DNA from: Actinomycetes bacterium | GTDB taxonomy: Bacteria > Actinomycetota > Thermoleophilia > RBG-16-64-13 | Reading direction: 5' to 3' | Assembly: GCA_024637095.1 (NCBI GenBank) | Contig: JAGXFV010000006.1 | Coordinates: 34,609 to 98,608, forward strand | Length of the DNA stretch: 64,000 nt | In this document: piece after piece, positions 52,263-64,000 of the stretch | How the letters are laid out: each line of letters opens with the position of its first letter | Numbering within the stretch: position 1 is the stretch's first letter | The notes under the pieces: model-generated | What the model saw: the letters and a program-made list of their open reading frames with translations, nothing else | What the model was told of the DNA's origin: nothing | The model's database searches: none | Translations under genes and position numbers: made by a program

Positions 52263-52991
52263 CTACGTGTCCCGCTTGAGGCTCTGCAGGTAGACTAGGC
52301 CCGGGCCGGTCAGCCTGGTCATGAACAGACCCTCTCCACCGAACAGGATACGCCGGGCGCCACTTACGCGTTTGATGTCGTAGTCCAGGTCTTCGGCGAA
52401 GGCGGCTAGATTGCCCGTGCTCACCAGAACCGACTCGCCCTCACGGAGCTGCTGCCGATGGAAGTCTCCGCTGCCGTGAACCAGCACGCTGCCATTGCCC
52501 TGGATCTTTTGCAGGAAGAGCCCCGCCCCCCCGAAAAGAGCCGCGCCCGCCCGCTTCGCCACCGTGACGTCGATCTGGATCTCGGGGCCCCAGGCCGCCA
52601 GAAAGGAGCCTCTCGTGGTGACCACCGGTCCGTCGGCGAGGTACCATTCGAGGATGTGACCCGGTCGATTGGAAGCGAGGAGCACCTCCTGCCCGGGCGC
52701 CTGCGTCGTGATGTGGGCGAGCGCCACCCCCTCTCCCGAGAGAGAGCGCCGCACGACCCCCTCTAGTCCCCCGGGGACGCGCAGGACCCATTGCACCCCG
52801 GCGGTGTGCGCCATGATCGAGCCCTTGCTGGCCCAGACCCTCTCGCCCGGAGCGAGTTCGAGGCGCGCGGTCTGGGCTATCTCCCCCCTGATCGTAAAAC
52901 GGGTTGCGCTCCCGGTTACCGTCCGGCCGGCTTCGCCGCCAACTTCGCCACCTCCGAAGGAGGTGCCCGCCCCGGATTCCTCCGCCATCAT
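52263..52991 (-). CDS. AIM24 family protein
   Basis: SGEG, LFGGAGLFLQK, FGGEGLFMTRLTGPG.VYLQS repeats. Confidence 0.88.
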   Translation of the reverse strand: MMAEESGAGTSFGGGEVGGEAGRTVTGSATRFTIRGEIAQTARLELAPGERVWASKGSIMAHTAGVQWVLRVPGGLEGVVRRSLSGEGVALAHITTQAPGQEVLLASNRPGHILEWYLADGPVVTTRGSFLAAWGPEIQIDVTVAKRAGAALFGGAGLFLQKIQGNGSVLVHGSGDFHRQQLREGESVLVSTGNLAAFAEDLDYDIKRVSGARRILFGGEGLFMTRLTGPGLVYLQSLKRDT

Positions 52992-53452
52992 TCCGACATG
53001 GGGATTTCGTCTTGCTCCAACTTGGCCTCCAGCGTGATCTCCACGTTTCCCCAGAGCGCCTTGGAAACCGGGCAGCCCTCTTTGGCTGCCTGCGCGGCCT
53101 TTTCGAACTCAGACTGGTCCACGCCGGGAACCACTCCGCGCACGGTGAGATCCATTGAGGTCATCTTGAGACCGGCCTCAGTGTCATCCAGAGTGGCGAC
53201 GGCGTCGACATCGAGTCTCTCGGGTGGGGTCCCGGCCTCATCGAGCTCGTTCGAGAGCTGCATGCTATAGCAACTGGCATGCGCCGCCGCGATCAGTTCC
53301 TCGGGACTGGTCATGCCGTCCGAACGCTCTGTCCGCGAGGCCCAGGTCACATCGAAATCCTGAAATGCGCCGCTGGCACCGGTTATCTTCCCTTTTCCGC
53401 GGGAGAGGTTGCCCTCCCACGTGGCGTGAACTCTGCGTTCCGCGATCGCCAT
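52988..53452 (-). CDS. osmC: OsmC family peroxiredoxin
   Basis: ATWEG, SPEELIAAAHASC, GCPVSKAL. Confidence 0.93.
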   Translation of the reverse strand: MAIAERRVHATWEGNLSRGKGKITGASGAFQDFDVTWASRTERSDGMTSPEELIAAAHASCYSMQLSNELDEAGTPPERLDVDAVATLDDTEAGLKMTSMDLTVRGVVPGVDQSEFEKAAQAAKEGCPVSKALWGNVEITLEAKLEQDEIPMSE

Positions 53453-53582
53453 GTCGTCCTCCTCGGGTAGCTGATTTTGGCCCTCTACCCGAGTCGCCCG
53501 CAGACTAACGCGGCCGCCCTCTCGGCTCTGTCCACCTCACCGCGTAGACTGAAGCCATGAACCCATTAACCGGCCAACAGCC

Positions 53583-54149
53583 ATGAGCGACCCACCCAAG
53601 CAGGCTTCCCCCAACAGCGCGAAAATGGCCGCAGGAGGTGCGGCGGGCAGGCGCGCAGCCGTGCCCCGGTTCGAAGTTGCGCTGGTTTGCGCCAACGGGC
53701 ATCTCCTGAACGACCGGGCCGAAGCGCAGGCCACGCTCAACGTCAAGTTCTGTCCCGAGTGCGGTGAGGGCACGCTCTCCCATTGCCCCGAGTGCGACAC
53801 CGCGCTCCGGGGCCGCTTCTTGCCGGAAGGCGACCCCCAAGGCGGGAAGCGCCTCTCTCGGCCGCCGCGCTTCTGCCACGAGTGCGGCAGCCCCTTTCCT
53901 TGGACGGCCGAAAGGCTCCTCGCCGCCGACGAACTCGCGGCGCAGCTGGACGATCTCTCCGACGAGGAGCGCCGGCTGCTGAGGGCGGCTTTCCGCGACA
54001 TCCTCACCGAGAATCCGCGGACGGAGGTGGCGGCACTCCGGATCAAGCGAGCGGCCGAGCAGGCGGGCAAGGGGGCGGGCCGCATCCTCTTCGAGGTGGT
54101 GGAGAACCTGGCTAGCGAGACCGCGAAGCGCCTGATACTCGGGCCCTGA
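53583..54149 (+). CDS. DUF2321-like multi-zinc-ribbon protein (alternative start GTG 53661)
   Basis: CANGH, FCPECG, CPEC, FCHECGSPFPW, helical C-terminus. Confidence 0.75.
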   Translation: MSDPPKQASPNSAKMAAGGAAGRRAAVPRFEVALVCANGHLLNDRAEAQATLNVKFCPECGEGTLSHCPECDTALRGRFLPEGDPQGGKRLSRPPRFCHECGSPFPWTAERLLAADELAAQLDDLSDEERRLLRAAFRDILTENPRTEVAALRIKRAAEQAGKGAGRILFEVVENLASETAKRLILGP

Positions 54150-54187
54150 ACCTACGAACCTTTACGCCGCCGCCACGGGCTGAGACC

Positions 54188-57145
<2,958 letters not shown>

Positions 57146-57257
57146 AGCATCCGATTATACCGGGCAAGGCGGACAGTGACCGCCCAAAGGCTAAGGAAAA
57201 GGCCGCGCGGAAATTGCGGGCAAAGGCGGGGGCCCGGGCGACGCTCGCCGACCGCCC

Positions 57258-57638
57258 CTACTCCGAATCCTGAAGACGGGCCGCCCCCACACTCGCTGCG
57301 TCGAAGCCCTCCGGCAGCCACATCCGGGTCCGGATGATCCCGGCGAATTCCCCGTTGTCGTCACGCCTGGCCTTGTAGCGGATCAACTGACCCACGGCGA
57401 ACTTGGCGTGCTCCTCGAGTTCTCCGGTGCGCATCCGGTCCACCATCGCCTGGACCGTCTGCCGGGACTTCGGTTTGTGGCACTGCGCCATGATGTCCCG
57501 CCCGACCAACTCCTCCCGCGGAAGGCGGTAGAAGTCGGATTCAAAAGCGTTGGCGTAGACGACGCGCAGTTCCGCGTCGGTGACCAGGATGCCGGTCTGA
57601 AAGTGCTCGGCAAGAGCAGTCATTTCTAATGGATCCAA
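57258..57638 (-). CDS. Stand-alone PAS domain protein
   Basis: GILVTDAELRVVYAN...EELVGR..QCH; TTG behind GGAGG. Confidence 0.8.
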   Translation of the reverse strand: MDPLEMTALAEHFQTGILVTDAELRVVYANAFESDFYRLPREELVGRDIMAQCHKPKSRQTVQAMVDRMRTGELEEHAKFAVGQLIRYKARRDDNGEFAGIIRTRMWLPEGFDAASVGAARLQDSE

Positions 57639-57960
57639 GGGGGCCTCCAGGGTTCGCCGGTGCGGTCGGCAAGAGCTCGGCCGGGGCTTGCGAAACGTGA
57701 GCTTGCAAGAACGGTAACACGAACGGACCTCGGAGGGCTCGGGTGGGTGAGGCGCCGGGTGCGCAGCGCCTGATCAAGGGGGACGAAGCGCATGTCTCCT
57801 GCTCACGGGGCATGGTTCTCGCAACGGGTTGATGTAATCGATACATCACCGGGCGAAGAGACGCGCGGACGGGATGAAGTCGCCCTACTGACGGGTATGA
57901 GTCTGCCCAGTTGGAGGGCGGCACCTGATCGAGTGGCAATTGAACCCAAGGAGGCATGAA

Positions 57961-58368
57961 ATGGAACGGGAATTCCCCACAGCCGATGTCGAGCTGACCG
58001 TGCTCTTGGTGGTTTCCGACGTCGAACGAGCCAAGCGCTTCTACCGCGACGTTCTCGGCGCCTCACTCTACCGCGAGTACGCGGGCACCAGCGTGGTTCT
58101 CAGCTTCCAGGGGACCTGGCTGCTACTGGTCACCGGGGGCGGACCCACTGACGACAAGCCGAACGTCACCTTCGCCCCGCCCGCCGACCCCCACCGAGTC
58201 AGTAACCAACTCACCTTGCGGGTCCCCGACTGCCACGACGCGTACGAGGCCCTGCGGGCCCGCGGCGCCGAGTTCCTCACGCCTCCCGTGACTCAGGGAA
58301 GCGAGACCAGAGCCTTCTTCCGCGACCCCGATGGGCATCTGCTCGAGATCAGCTCGATCGCGGCGTAA
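57961..58368 (+). CDS. VOC/glyoxalase family protein
   Basis: VSDVERAKRFYRDVLG, FFRDPDGHLLEI; SD AAGGAGG. Confidence 0.9.
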   Translation: MEREFPTADVELTVLLVVSDVERAKRFYRDVLGASLYREYAGTSVVLSFQGTWLLLVTGGGPTDDKPNVTFAPPADPHRVSNQLTLRVPDCHDAYEALRARGAEFLTPPVTQGSETRAFFRDPDGHLLEISSIAA

Positions 58369-58370
58369 GC

Positions 58371-58401
58371 GGCGCGTCGGGCGCGTCGGGCGCGTCGGGC
58401 G
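58371..58401. repeat. 9-bp tandem repeat x3 right after the VOC stop
   Basis: GGCGCGTCG x3 plus GGCG. Confidence 0.85.
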
Positions 58402-58502
58402 GCGGGAAGACGACCCGGCCGGGGCCTGTTCCACTCACGGCGATTTCCTGACGCCTCGACGCCGAGGTAAGGCCGCCGGCCGGATTTGGGAGGAGTGCGC
58501 GC

Positions 58503-59660
58503 CTACGACGAAGCCAGGGGCTGTGCGCGCTTAGCTTCCGCCGCCGCCTCAGCCTCCACCGCTTCCGCCTCCGCGTGCAGCTGCACTTGGGCAAAGTACA
58601 CCGCCAGGGGACGGTAGGCCATATGCGCCCACTTGCCGAAGGGCACCTCGAGCACCAACATTGGTACGACCGCCATCAGGTGAACGACGTAGGTCACGTT
58701 GGCGGCCGCGTCCAGGCCGGAGCGGTGAAGAACGTGCTGGAGCACGCCGGTTACGGCTACGATCAGCAGTAGGATCAGGAAGATCCAATCCGACTCGTGG
58801 GAGTGGGTGTGCTGGGCGGAGTCTCGGCGCAACCGGCCGCGAAGGTTCCAGACCACAGCCCCAATCAGGCCCGCCGAGGCCAGATAGCCGAAGACGTGGA
58901 CGCGCCAGTCGATCTCCGGCCCGCTCGCCAGTTCACCCAGGAAGAACATGACGAGCACCAGCATGGTCACGTAGCTGAGCATCAGGGCCAGGTGCACCGC
59001 CCAGGGACGCTTACGGTCACACTCCCTGTACTTGGGCTGAGCGAAGAAGTGAACGGGCAGCGCGGGAAGGCTCGCCAGGTAGGAGCTCAAGGAAGCTTTG
59101 ACTCCACCGGCTTTGGTGAAAAAACGCCACATGCGCCCCGCGTTGACGCCCAACAGGACTACCAGCAATCCAGCCATGGCCCAGTCGAACACGTGGATCT
59201 TGGAACTGGGCAAGAAGGCATTGGGACCGTCATAGCTGTTGATGCTGCCCTGAGACATACCGAACAGGGTGAAGCCGACTCCCGTCGCGATCGCAGCCAG
59301 GATGATGATGAACAACTCCCACTTCCACGAGCGATAGAAGAGCCGCGAGATGCCGGTGAAGTCATACTTAGCCGTTAGCCAGCGCCGCATGCTCATCATG
59401 GTCTCGGCCGGTTCCGCTCCTTTGGGACACTGCTCCGAGCACTCTCCACAGTAGTAGCAGAGCCAGGGTTCCAGCGAGCCCTGAAGCTTGCTCTCGGCGC
59501 CCAGCTGAAGGGCGTGCATGGGCCGTCGTGGCAGCACGAAAGGGGCCTCGGAGTGAACGCAAACCGCGGAGCAGTTGCCACAGTTGAAGCACTTGCTAAC
59601 GTCCTCGGCTCCGTATGCCAGGAGTTCATCCACAAGGCCCGGATTGATTTTTGTCGCCAT
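58503..59660 (-). CDS. QmoC-like protein (HdrC-type 2x[4Fe-4S] plus multi-TM heme-b-type domain)
   Basis: CFNCGNCSAVC, CYYCGECSEQCP, about 6 TM helices with His residues, GKWAHMAYRP. Confidence 0.8.
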   Translation of the reverse strand: MATKINPGLVDELLAYGAEDVSKCFNCGNCSAVCVHSEAPFVLPRRPMHALQLGAESKLQGSLEPWLCYYCGECSEQCPKGAEPAETMMSMRRWLTAKYDFTGISRLFYRSWKWELFIIILAAIATGVGFTLFGMSQGSINSYDGPNAFLPSSKIHVFDWAMAGLLVVLLGVNAGRMWRFFTKAGGVKASLSSYLASLPALPVHFFAQPKYRECDRKRPWAVHLALMLSYVTMLVLVMFFLGELASGPEIDWRVHVFGYLASAGLIGAVVWNLRGRLRRDSAQHTHSHESDWIFLILLLIVAVTGVLQHVLHRSGLDAAANVTYVVHLMAVVPMLVLEVPFGKWAHMAYRPLAVYFAQVQLHAEAEAVEAEAAAEAKRAQPLASS

Positions 59661-59703
59661 CGTTCTCCTCGATACAGGCTTTACCGACGCAGAAAGACGC
59701 CGT

Positions 59704-60189
59704 CTAGATGAACAGGTTCACGTTGGCTTCGTCGGCCTCGCCCAGGTAGGCGGCCACCCCGGCGTACTCCAGGCCGTCCATGAGTTCTTCCTCGCAGAAG
59801 CCGAGGATGTCCATGGAGAGGGTGCAGGCGACGAACTTCACGCCCTGCTCCCTGGCGGCCTCGACCAGTTCATCGAGGGACATGGCGTTCTGCTGCTTCA
59901 TGACCTTCTTCATGAGCGGCGCGCCCGCGCCGGCAAAGTTCATCTTGGAAAGGCCAAGACGCCGGGTGCCCTTGGGCATCATGCGGCCGAACATCGACTG
60001 CAGAGTGCTCTTCTTGTGGCCGTTGGTCGACACCTTCCCGTCTTTGCGCAGCACGTTCAACCCCCAGAAGGTGAAGAACATCGTGACCTGATCACCCATG
60101 GCGGCTGCCCCGTTGGCGATGATGAAGGCCGCCATCACCCGGTCGAAGTCGCCGCTGAACAAAATGATGGTCTTCTTGCTGGTATCCAC
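59704..60189 (-). CDS. DsrE/DsrF/DrsH-like (DsrE2) sulfur-carrier family protein
   Basis: IILFSGDFDR, FFTFWGL, VACTLSMD, NLFI. Confidence 0.88.
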   Translation of the reverse strand: MDTSKKTIILFSGDFDRVMAAFIIANGAAAMGDQVTMFFTFWGLNVLRKDGKVSTNGHKKSTLQSMFGRMMPKGTRRLGLSKMNFAGAGAPLMKKVMKQQNAMSLDELVEAAREQGVKFVACTLSMDILGFCEEELMDGLEYAGVAAYLGEADEANVNLFI

Positions 60190-60217
60190 TATCGTCCTCC
60201 TCCGCTGCCGGTGCCCA

Positions 60218-60514
60218 TTACTGCTCCCGGGGAACGGTCTGGTATTGGAAGTAGCCTTCGTCGGTCGCCTCTTTGATCTCGGCGACGTAACCGTACTTGC
60301 GCATCCCCATCACCCAGAAGACCACCTCGTGCGTGGGTTGGGCGATGGCCGTGGCAATCTCGGGGATGGTGAGGGGGCCTTCGGCAAGCGCGTCGAGGAT
60401 CCGCGACCTCATGAAGTGCTCGTCTCGGATGATCTCGCGCACGTCGCGATTCGTCCTCGGCTCCCGCGCGTCTTGCGCCGACCGGTTCCGGTTGGTGGCG
60501 TTGGTGTCGTTCAT
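60218..60514 (-). CDS. Small winged-helix protein
   Basis: ILDAL..GPLTIPEIA....HEVVFWVMGMRKYG; ATG 60514 overlaps the hdrA stop. Confidence 0.7.
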   Translation of the reverse strand: MNDTNATNRNRSAQDAREPRTNRDVREIIRDEHFMRSRILDALAEGPLTIPEIATAIAQPTHEVVFWVMGMRKYGYVAEIKEATDEGYFQYQTVPREQ

Positions 60515-62250
60515 GCGCAACTCACCCCCAGCATGCCGTCGATCATCGACCTGATTTGCGCGTCGGTATATCCCTGCAGATCGATGGCGTTCGCGGGGCA
60601 AACGGGGACGCAGCCCCCGCAACCCTTGCAGGCGGTCTTCGCAATCACGGCTACCTCCTTGCCCGCATGCTGATCGAGAGAAATCGCATCGTAGGGACAG
60701 GTGTCTTGACACGCGCCGCACCACTCACAGACGTCAAGATCAACGGTGGCGACCAAGGGGTCCAGTTCGGCGGTGCCCCGCTTCAATATGGCCGCACTTT
60801 GGGTGACCGCCGCGAGGCCCGACTGCACGCTCTCTGACAAGTTGCGCGGTGCCTGACAGCACCCGGCGATGTAGACGCCGTCCACCACCGTCTCCACCGG
60901 CCGCAGCTTGGGGTGGATCTCGTTGAAGAAGCCACTCTGTCCCACGGGCAGCTTGAGGGCTTTGGTAAGCCCCTCGTTCTCGCGCGGGACCATGCCGGTC
61001 ATCAGAACCACGAGGTCCACCTCGAGCTCGAACTCCTCCCCTTCGGACAGCAGGTCTCGGGCAGTAACGGTCACGCGGCCGCTCGCCTGATCTCTCTCGA
61101 TCACGGGCGGTTCTTGGTCGGGATACTTGATGTACGCCGAGCCCTTCTCAAGCGCTTCGGAGTACAACAGTTCGAAGGTGCCGTAGGTGCGCATGTCGCG
61201 GTAGAAGTGGTACTGGTGCACCTTGCCCGGCAGAGCCTCTACCTGCAGGGCAGCGTGCGCCCCGGCATTGCAGCAGTAACGCGAGCAGTAGGTGTTGGCC
61301 CCTTCCTCATACTCCGGCTGCCGGCTGCCCACACAGTAGACGTAGGCCAGGGTCTTGACCGGCCGGCCTTTGTACTTCAGGGGACCGTCGGCGGCCTCTA
61401 CCATCTGCTTGAACTCAGCGATCGTCACCACGCCGTCTTGACCGAAGCCGAACTCGCCCTCGTCGGGCTGGTAGGTGTCGAAGCCGGTGGTCACGACGAT
61501 GGAGCCCACGTCCACCTGGATGGTCTCCAACTGCTCGCCTTGCACGGCCAGCGTCGCTTGGTAGTTGCCAAAGCTGCCGCTCTTGGCGATAAGTTCGGCG
61601 TTGGTGAAGACCGTGATGCCGGGGTGGGCGCGCACGGCGCTCTCGAGGCCGGCCACCAACTCGCCGCCGTTTCGTCCGTGCGGATACATCTCCTTGAAGC
61701 CGGAGACCCAGCCTCCCAGCCGCTCTTTCTTCTCAACGAGGAACACGGAAAGCCCGACCTCGGCCAACCCCAGGGCGGCCCGAAGACCGGCAATACCGCC
61801 GCCAACCACGAGGCTCTTCGGCGTGGTCTCGACCACGATGGACTCGAGCGGGTCGGTCAGCCGGGTGCGGTTGACGCCGGCGCGTACCAGGCGAAGCGCC
61901 TTCTCGGTGGCCCCCGCGTGGTCGTCGGTATGCGTCCAGGAGCACTGTTCGCGCACGTTCACCTGCGTGTACTGGAAGGGATTCATGCCGGCACGGCGGG
62001 CAACGTCACGGAAGGTGTAGGTGTGCAGTTTGGGCGAGCAGGAAGCCACGACCAGTCCGTCCAGACCCCGCTCCTGGGCGTCGGTGATGATCTCCTGCTG
62101 CGTCGAATCGGAGCAGGTGAACATGGCGGTCCTTGCGACCTCGACTCCGGGCTCCTTGGCTATCGCCTCAACCACACGGTCCACGTCCACGTAGTCGCCG
62201 ATATTGCCGCCGCACTGGCAGACGTAGACCCCGATCTTGCGGGCGCTCAT
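60511..62250 (-). CDS. hdrA: Heterodisulfide reductase subunit A family flavoprotein
   Basis: GVYVCQCG, ASCSP, NVREQCSW, GGGIAG, CVGSR..CSRYCC, HPKLRPV, C-terminal 2x[4Fe-4S]. Confidence 0.9.
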   Translation of the reverse strand: MSARKIGVYVCQCGGNIGDYVDVDRVVEAIAKEPGVEVARTAMFTCSDSTQQEIITDAQERGLDGLVVASCSPKLHTYTFRDVARRAGMNPFQYTQVNVREQCSWTHTDDHAGATEKALRLVRAGVNRTRLTDPLESIVVETTPKSLVVGGGIAGLRAALGLAEVGLSVFLVEKKERLGGWVSGFKEMYPHGRNGGELVAGLESAVRAHPGITVFTNAELIAKSGSFGNYQATLAVQGEQLETIQVDVGSIVVTTGFDTYQPDEGEFGFGQDGVVTIAEFKQMVEAADGPLKYKGRPVKTLAYVYCVGSRQPEYEEGANTYCSRYCCNAGAHAALQVEALPGKVHQYHFYRDMRTYGTFELLYSEALEKGSAYIKYPDQEPPVIERDQASGRVTVTARDLLSEGEEFELEVDLVVLMTGMVPRENEGLTKALKLPVGQSGFFNEIHPKLRPVETVVDGVYIAGCCQAPRNLSESVQSGLAAVTQSAAILKRGTAELDPLVATVDLDVCEWCGACQDTCPYDAISLDQHAGKEVAVIAKTACKGCGGCVPVCPANAIDLQGYTDAQIRSMIDGMLGVSCA

Positions 62251-64000
62251 ACCGTGACCTTCGCTTTCGGTTCTGCCATCGCTTTGTGCCTCTCGACGTG
62301 GGCAGCGGCCTGAGCCACGGCCGCTCCTGCGTGGAGGATGGAATCGGGGATGTCCTTGACGCCCGATGCGGCCCCGGCCACGAAAACCCCGGGCAAGTTG
62401 GTGCGGCCGGGATCGAGATCCTCGTCCGCCTCGCCGACGTAGAAGTAGTCGTCCAGGGCCAGAGCGCCGTCCTCGAACAGGCCGGCGACTTCCAAGTTGG
62501 GCTGTACGCCCACGGCAAGCACCACCATGTCGTACTCGGCCTCGACCACCCCGCCGTCACCCTCCACGTCCTCGTAGCGGACGATGAGGTTGCCGTCCTC
62601 CTTCTCGGTGATCTTGGCCACCCTGCCCTTGATGAACATGGCGCCCATGTCCTTGGCCTGCTGGTAGAACTCATCGTAGCCCTTGCCCACAGCGCGTACG
62701 TCCATGTAGTGGACGGTGACATCGGCCAGCGGCAGGGCGCCCATGACCAACTGGTTGTGCTTCACCGAGTACATGCAACAGATGCGCGAGCAAAGGGGAT
62801 TGTCGACGGTGTCATCTCGGGAGCCGGTGCACATGATGTAGGCAATGTTGTCGGGAACCTTGCCGTCTCCCGGGCGGAGCACAGAGTTGAAGGGCCGCGT
62901 CGGGGCCAGCAGCCGGTCCATCTGCATGCCGGTGATCACGTTCGCGTACTTCCCGTAGCCGTACTCCGGCTTGGCATCGGCCGGAAAGAGCTTGAAACCG
63001 GTGGCCAGCACGACCGAGGCGGTGTCCACTTCGATCTCCTCGGGACGCATGGCGAGATCAACGGCGTCGGCCGGGCAGGCATCCACGCAGGCGTGACATT
63101 CCGAGCAGACCCCGCAGTCGAGGCAACGGGAGGTGGCCTCCAAGGCCTCCGCTTCGGTAAGGGTGGTTTCGGTTTCCGCGAAGTCCACGGGAGCCGCGTT
63201 CATGACCGCGTGGGATTCCAGCGGTTCGCGCCGGTCATAGACATCTTGGCGGCGCAGCACCTCGAGCTTGTCGACCCGAGGAAGGTTGTCCTCGAAGCCG
63301 GCAGAATCCAGTGCAGCCCCCTCTAGGAAGCGGTCGATCATGAAGGCCGCCCTACGGCCCTGGCCAACTGCCTGGGTGATCATGCTGGGGCCGGTGACTG
63401 CGTCTCCGGCGGCAAAGATTTCGGGTCTGGCGGTTTGGAGCGTCGCCGAGTCCACTTTGAGCGTACGGTTAGGGTTAGTTTGCAGAGCGAACGCTTCGGT
63501 GTCCGCCCCCATCCCCGCAGCCACGATCACCAGGTCACACTCCAACGTCTTGCGCATCTTTTCGTCGTATTCGGGGGCGAAGCAGCCGTCGGGATCGAAC
63601 ACGCAGGTACAGCGCTTGAGCCCCGCCGTCTGCACCCGCTCGCCTCCGTCGAAGTGGTCGATGCCCCAACCGTCGTGCAGGGTGATGCCTTCGGCCTTGG
63701 CCTCCTCGACCTCGAAGTCGTGGGCAGGCATCTCGTCACAGCTTTCCAGACTTACCTGATCTACGGAGGCCGCGCCCAGCCGGCGAGCAGTCCGGGCCGC
63801 GTCGATGGCGACGTTGCCGCCCCCCACCACGAGCACCTTCTTGCCCTCCATCTCTACGGGCTCACCCAACTTCACCGCCCGCAGGAACTCGAGAGCGGTG
63901 GTGACCCCCTGCTTGTCTTCTCCAAGAACCCGCAGGCGAACGGGGCGGTGGGTGCCGGTGGCAAGCAGCACCGCGTTCCACCCGTCCTCGAGCAACCGGC
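62247..64000 (-). CDS. HdrL-like fusion: GltD/NfnB-type NAD(P)H oxidoreductase inserted in HdrA (5' truncated)
   Basis: VVGGGNVAIDAARTARRLG, FAAGDAVTGP, EATSRCLDCGVCSECHACVDAC, CTGSR..CSRICCMYSVK, AGAASGVKDIPDS. Confidence 0.85.
   Translation of the reverse strand, partial: RLLEDGWNAVLLATGTHRPVRLRVLGEDKQGVTTALEFLRAVKLGEPVEMEGKKVLVVGGGNVAIDAARTARRLGAASVDQVSLESCDEMPAHDFEVEEAKAEGITLHDGWGIDHFDGGERVQTAGLKRCTCVFDPDGCFAPEYDEKMRKTLECDLVIVAAGMGADTEAFALQTNPNRTLKVDSATLQTARPEIFAAGDAVTGPSMITQAVGQGRRAAFMIDRFLEGAALDSAGFEDNLPRVDKLEVLRRQDVYDRREPLESHAVMNAAPVDFAETETTLTEAEALEATSRCLDCGVCSECHACVDACPADAVDLAMRPEEIEVDTASVVLATGFKLFPADAKPEYGYGKYANVITGMQMDRLLAPTRPFNSVLRPGDGKVPDNIAYIMCTGSRDDTVDNPLCSRICCMYSVKHNQLVMGALPLADVTVHYMDVRAVGKGYDEFYQQAKDMGAMFIKGRVAKITEKEDGNLIVRYEDVEGDGGVVEAEYDMVVLAVGVQPNLEVAGLFEDGALALDDYFYVGEADEDLDPGRTNLPGVFVAGAASGVKDIPDSILHAGAAVAQAAAHVERHKAMAEPKAKVTV

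Noticed and set aside
57640..57960. Cobalamin or other known riboswitch
   Set aside because: No B12-box or other recognisable aptamer consensus on either strand
58503..64000. Selenocysteine read-through in the Hdr genes
   Set aside because: The visible frames are open with Cys at the expected positions; no in-frame TGA

Overview
High-GC chromosomal window from an anaerobic or microaerobic bacterium. The gene order (murI-rph-rdgB, uvrC-ogt-rapZ-yvcK-whiA-gap-pgk-tpiA-gpmI-secG) and the many leaderless genes suggest a deep-branching actinobacterium; this is inference only. The left end is a Wood-Ljungdahl operon on the minus strand (fhs-acsV-cooC-fchA-folD-acsD-cooS, truncated), preceded by larC. 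Next come hypF-D-E-A-B without hypC, Fe-SOD, PfpI, an arginine-synthetase(ArcE)-like ATPase, RNase P RNA and oppABCDF. An ECF sigma/ZAS anti-sigma pair sits between gpmI and secG. Further right are glycolysis and repair genes, a GalT-like/trehalose-phosphatase pair, prpE, osmC-AIM24-hflX and uvrA. The right end is a truncated Hdr/Qmo-like redox cluster (GltD-HdrA fusion, HdrA, small winged helix, DsrE2, QmoC-like membrane protein). Main observations: a RanBP2-like zinc finger inserted in an apparently cyclohydrolase-dead FolD; a CTAACCA-N15-CGTC ECF promoter in front of both the sigma gene and secG; a variant GalT-like enzyme coupled to OtsB with no OtsA; the Qmo-like complex with a sulfur carrier; SigB/SigF-like promoters on stress genes; and recurrent short duplications of gene 3' ends. 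No CRISPR, tRNA, rRNA or mobile element was seen. All calls come from motif recognition by eye; no database searches were run.
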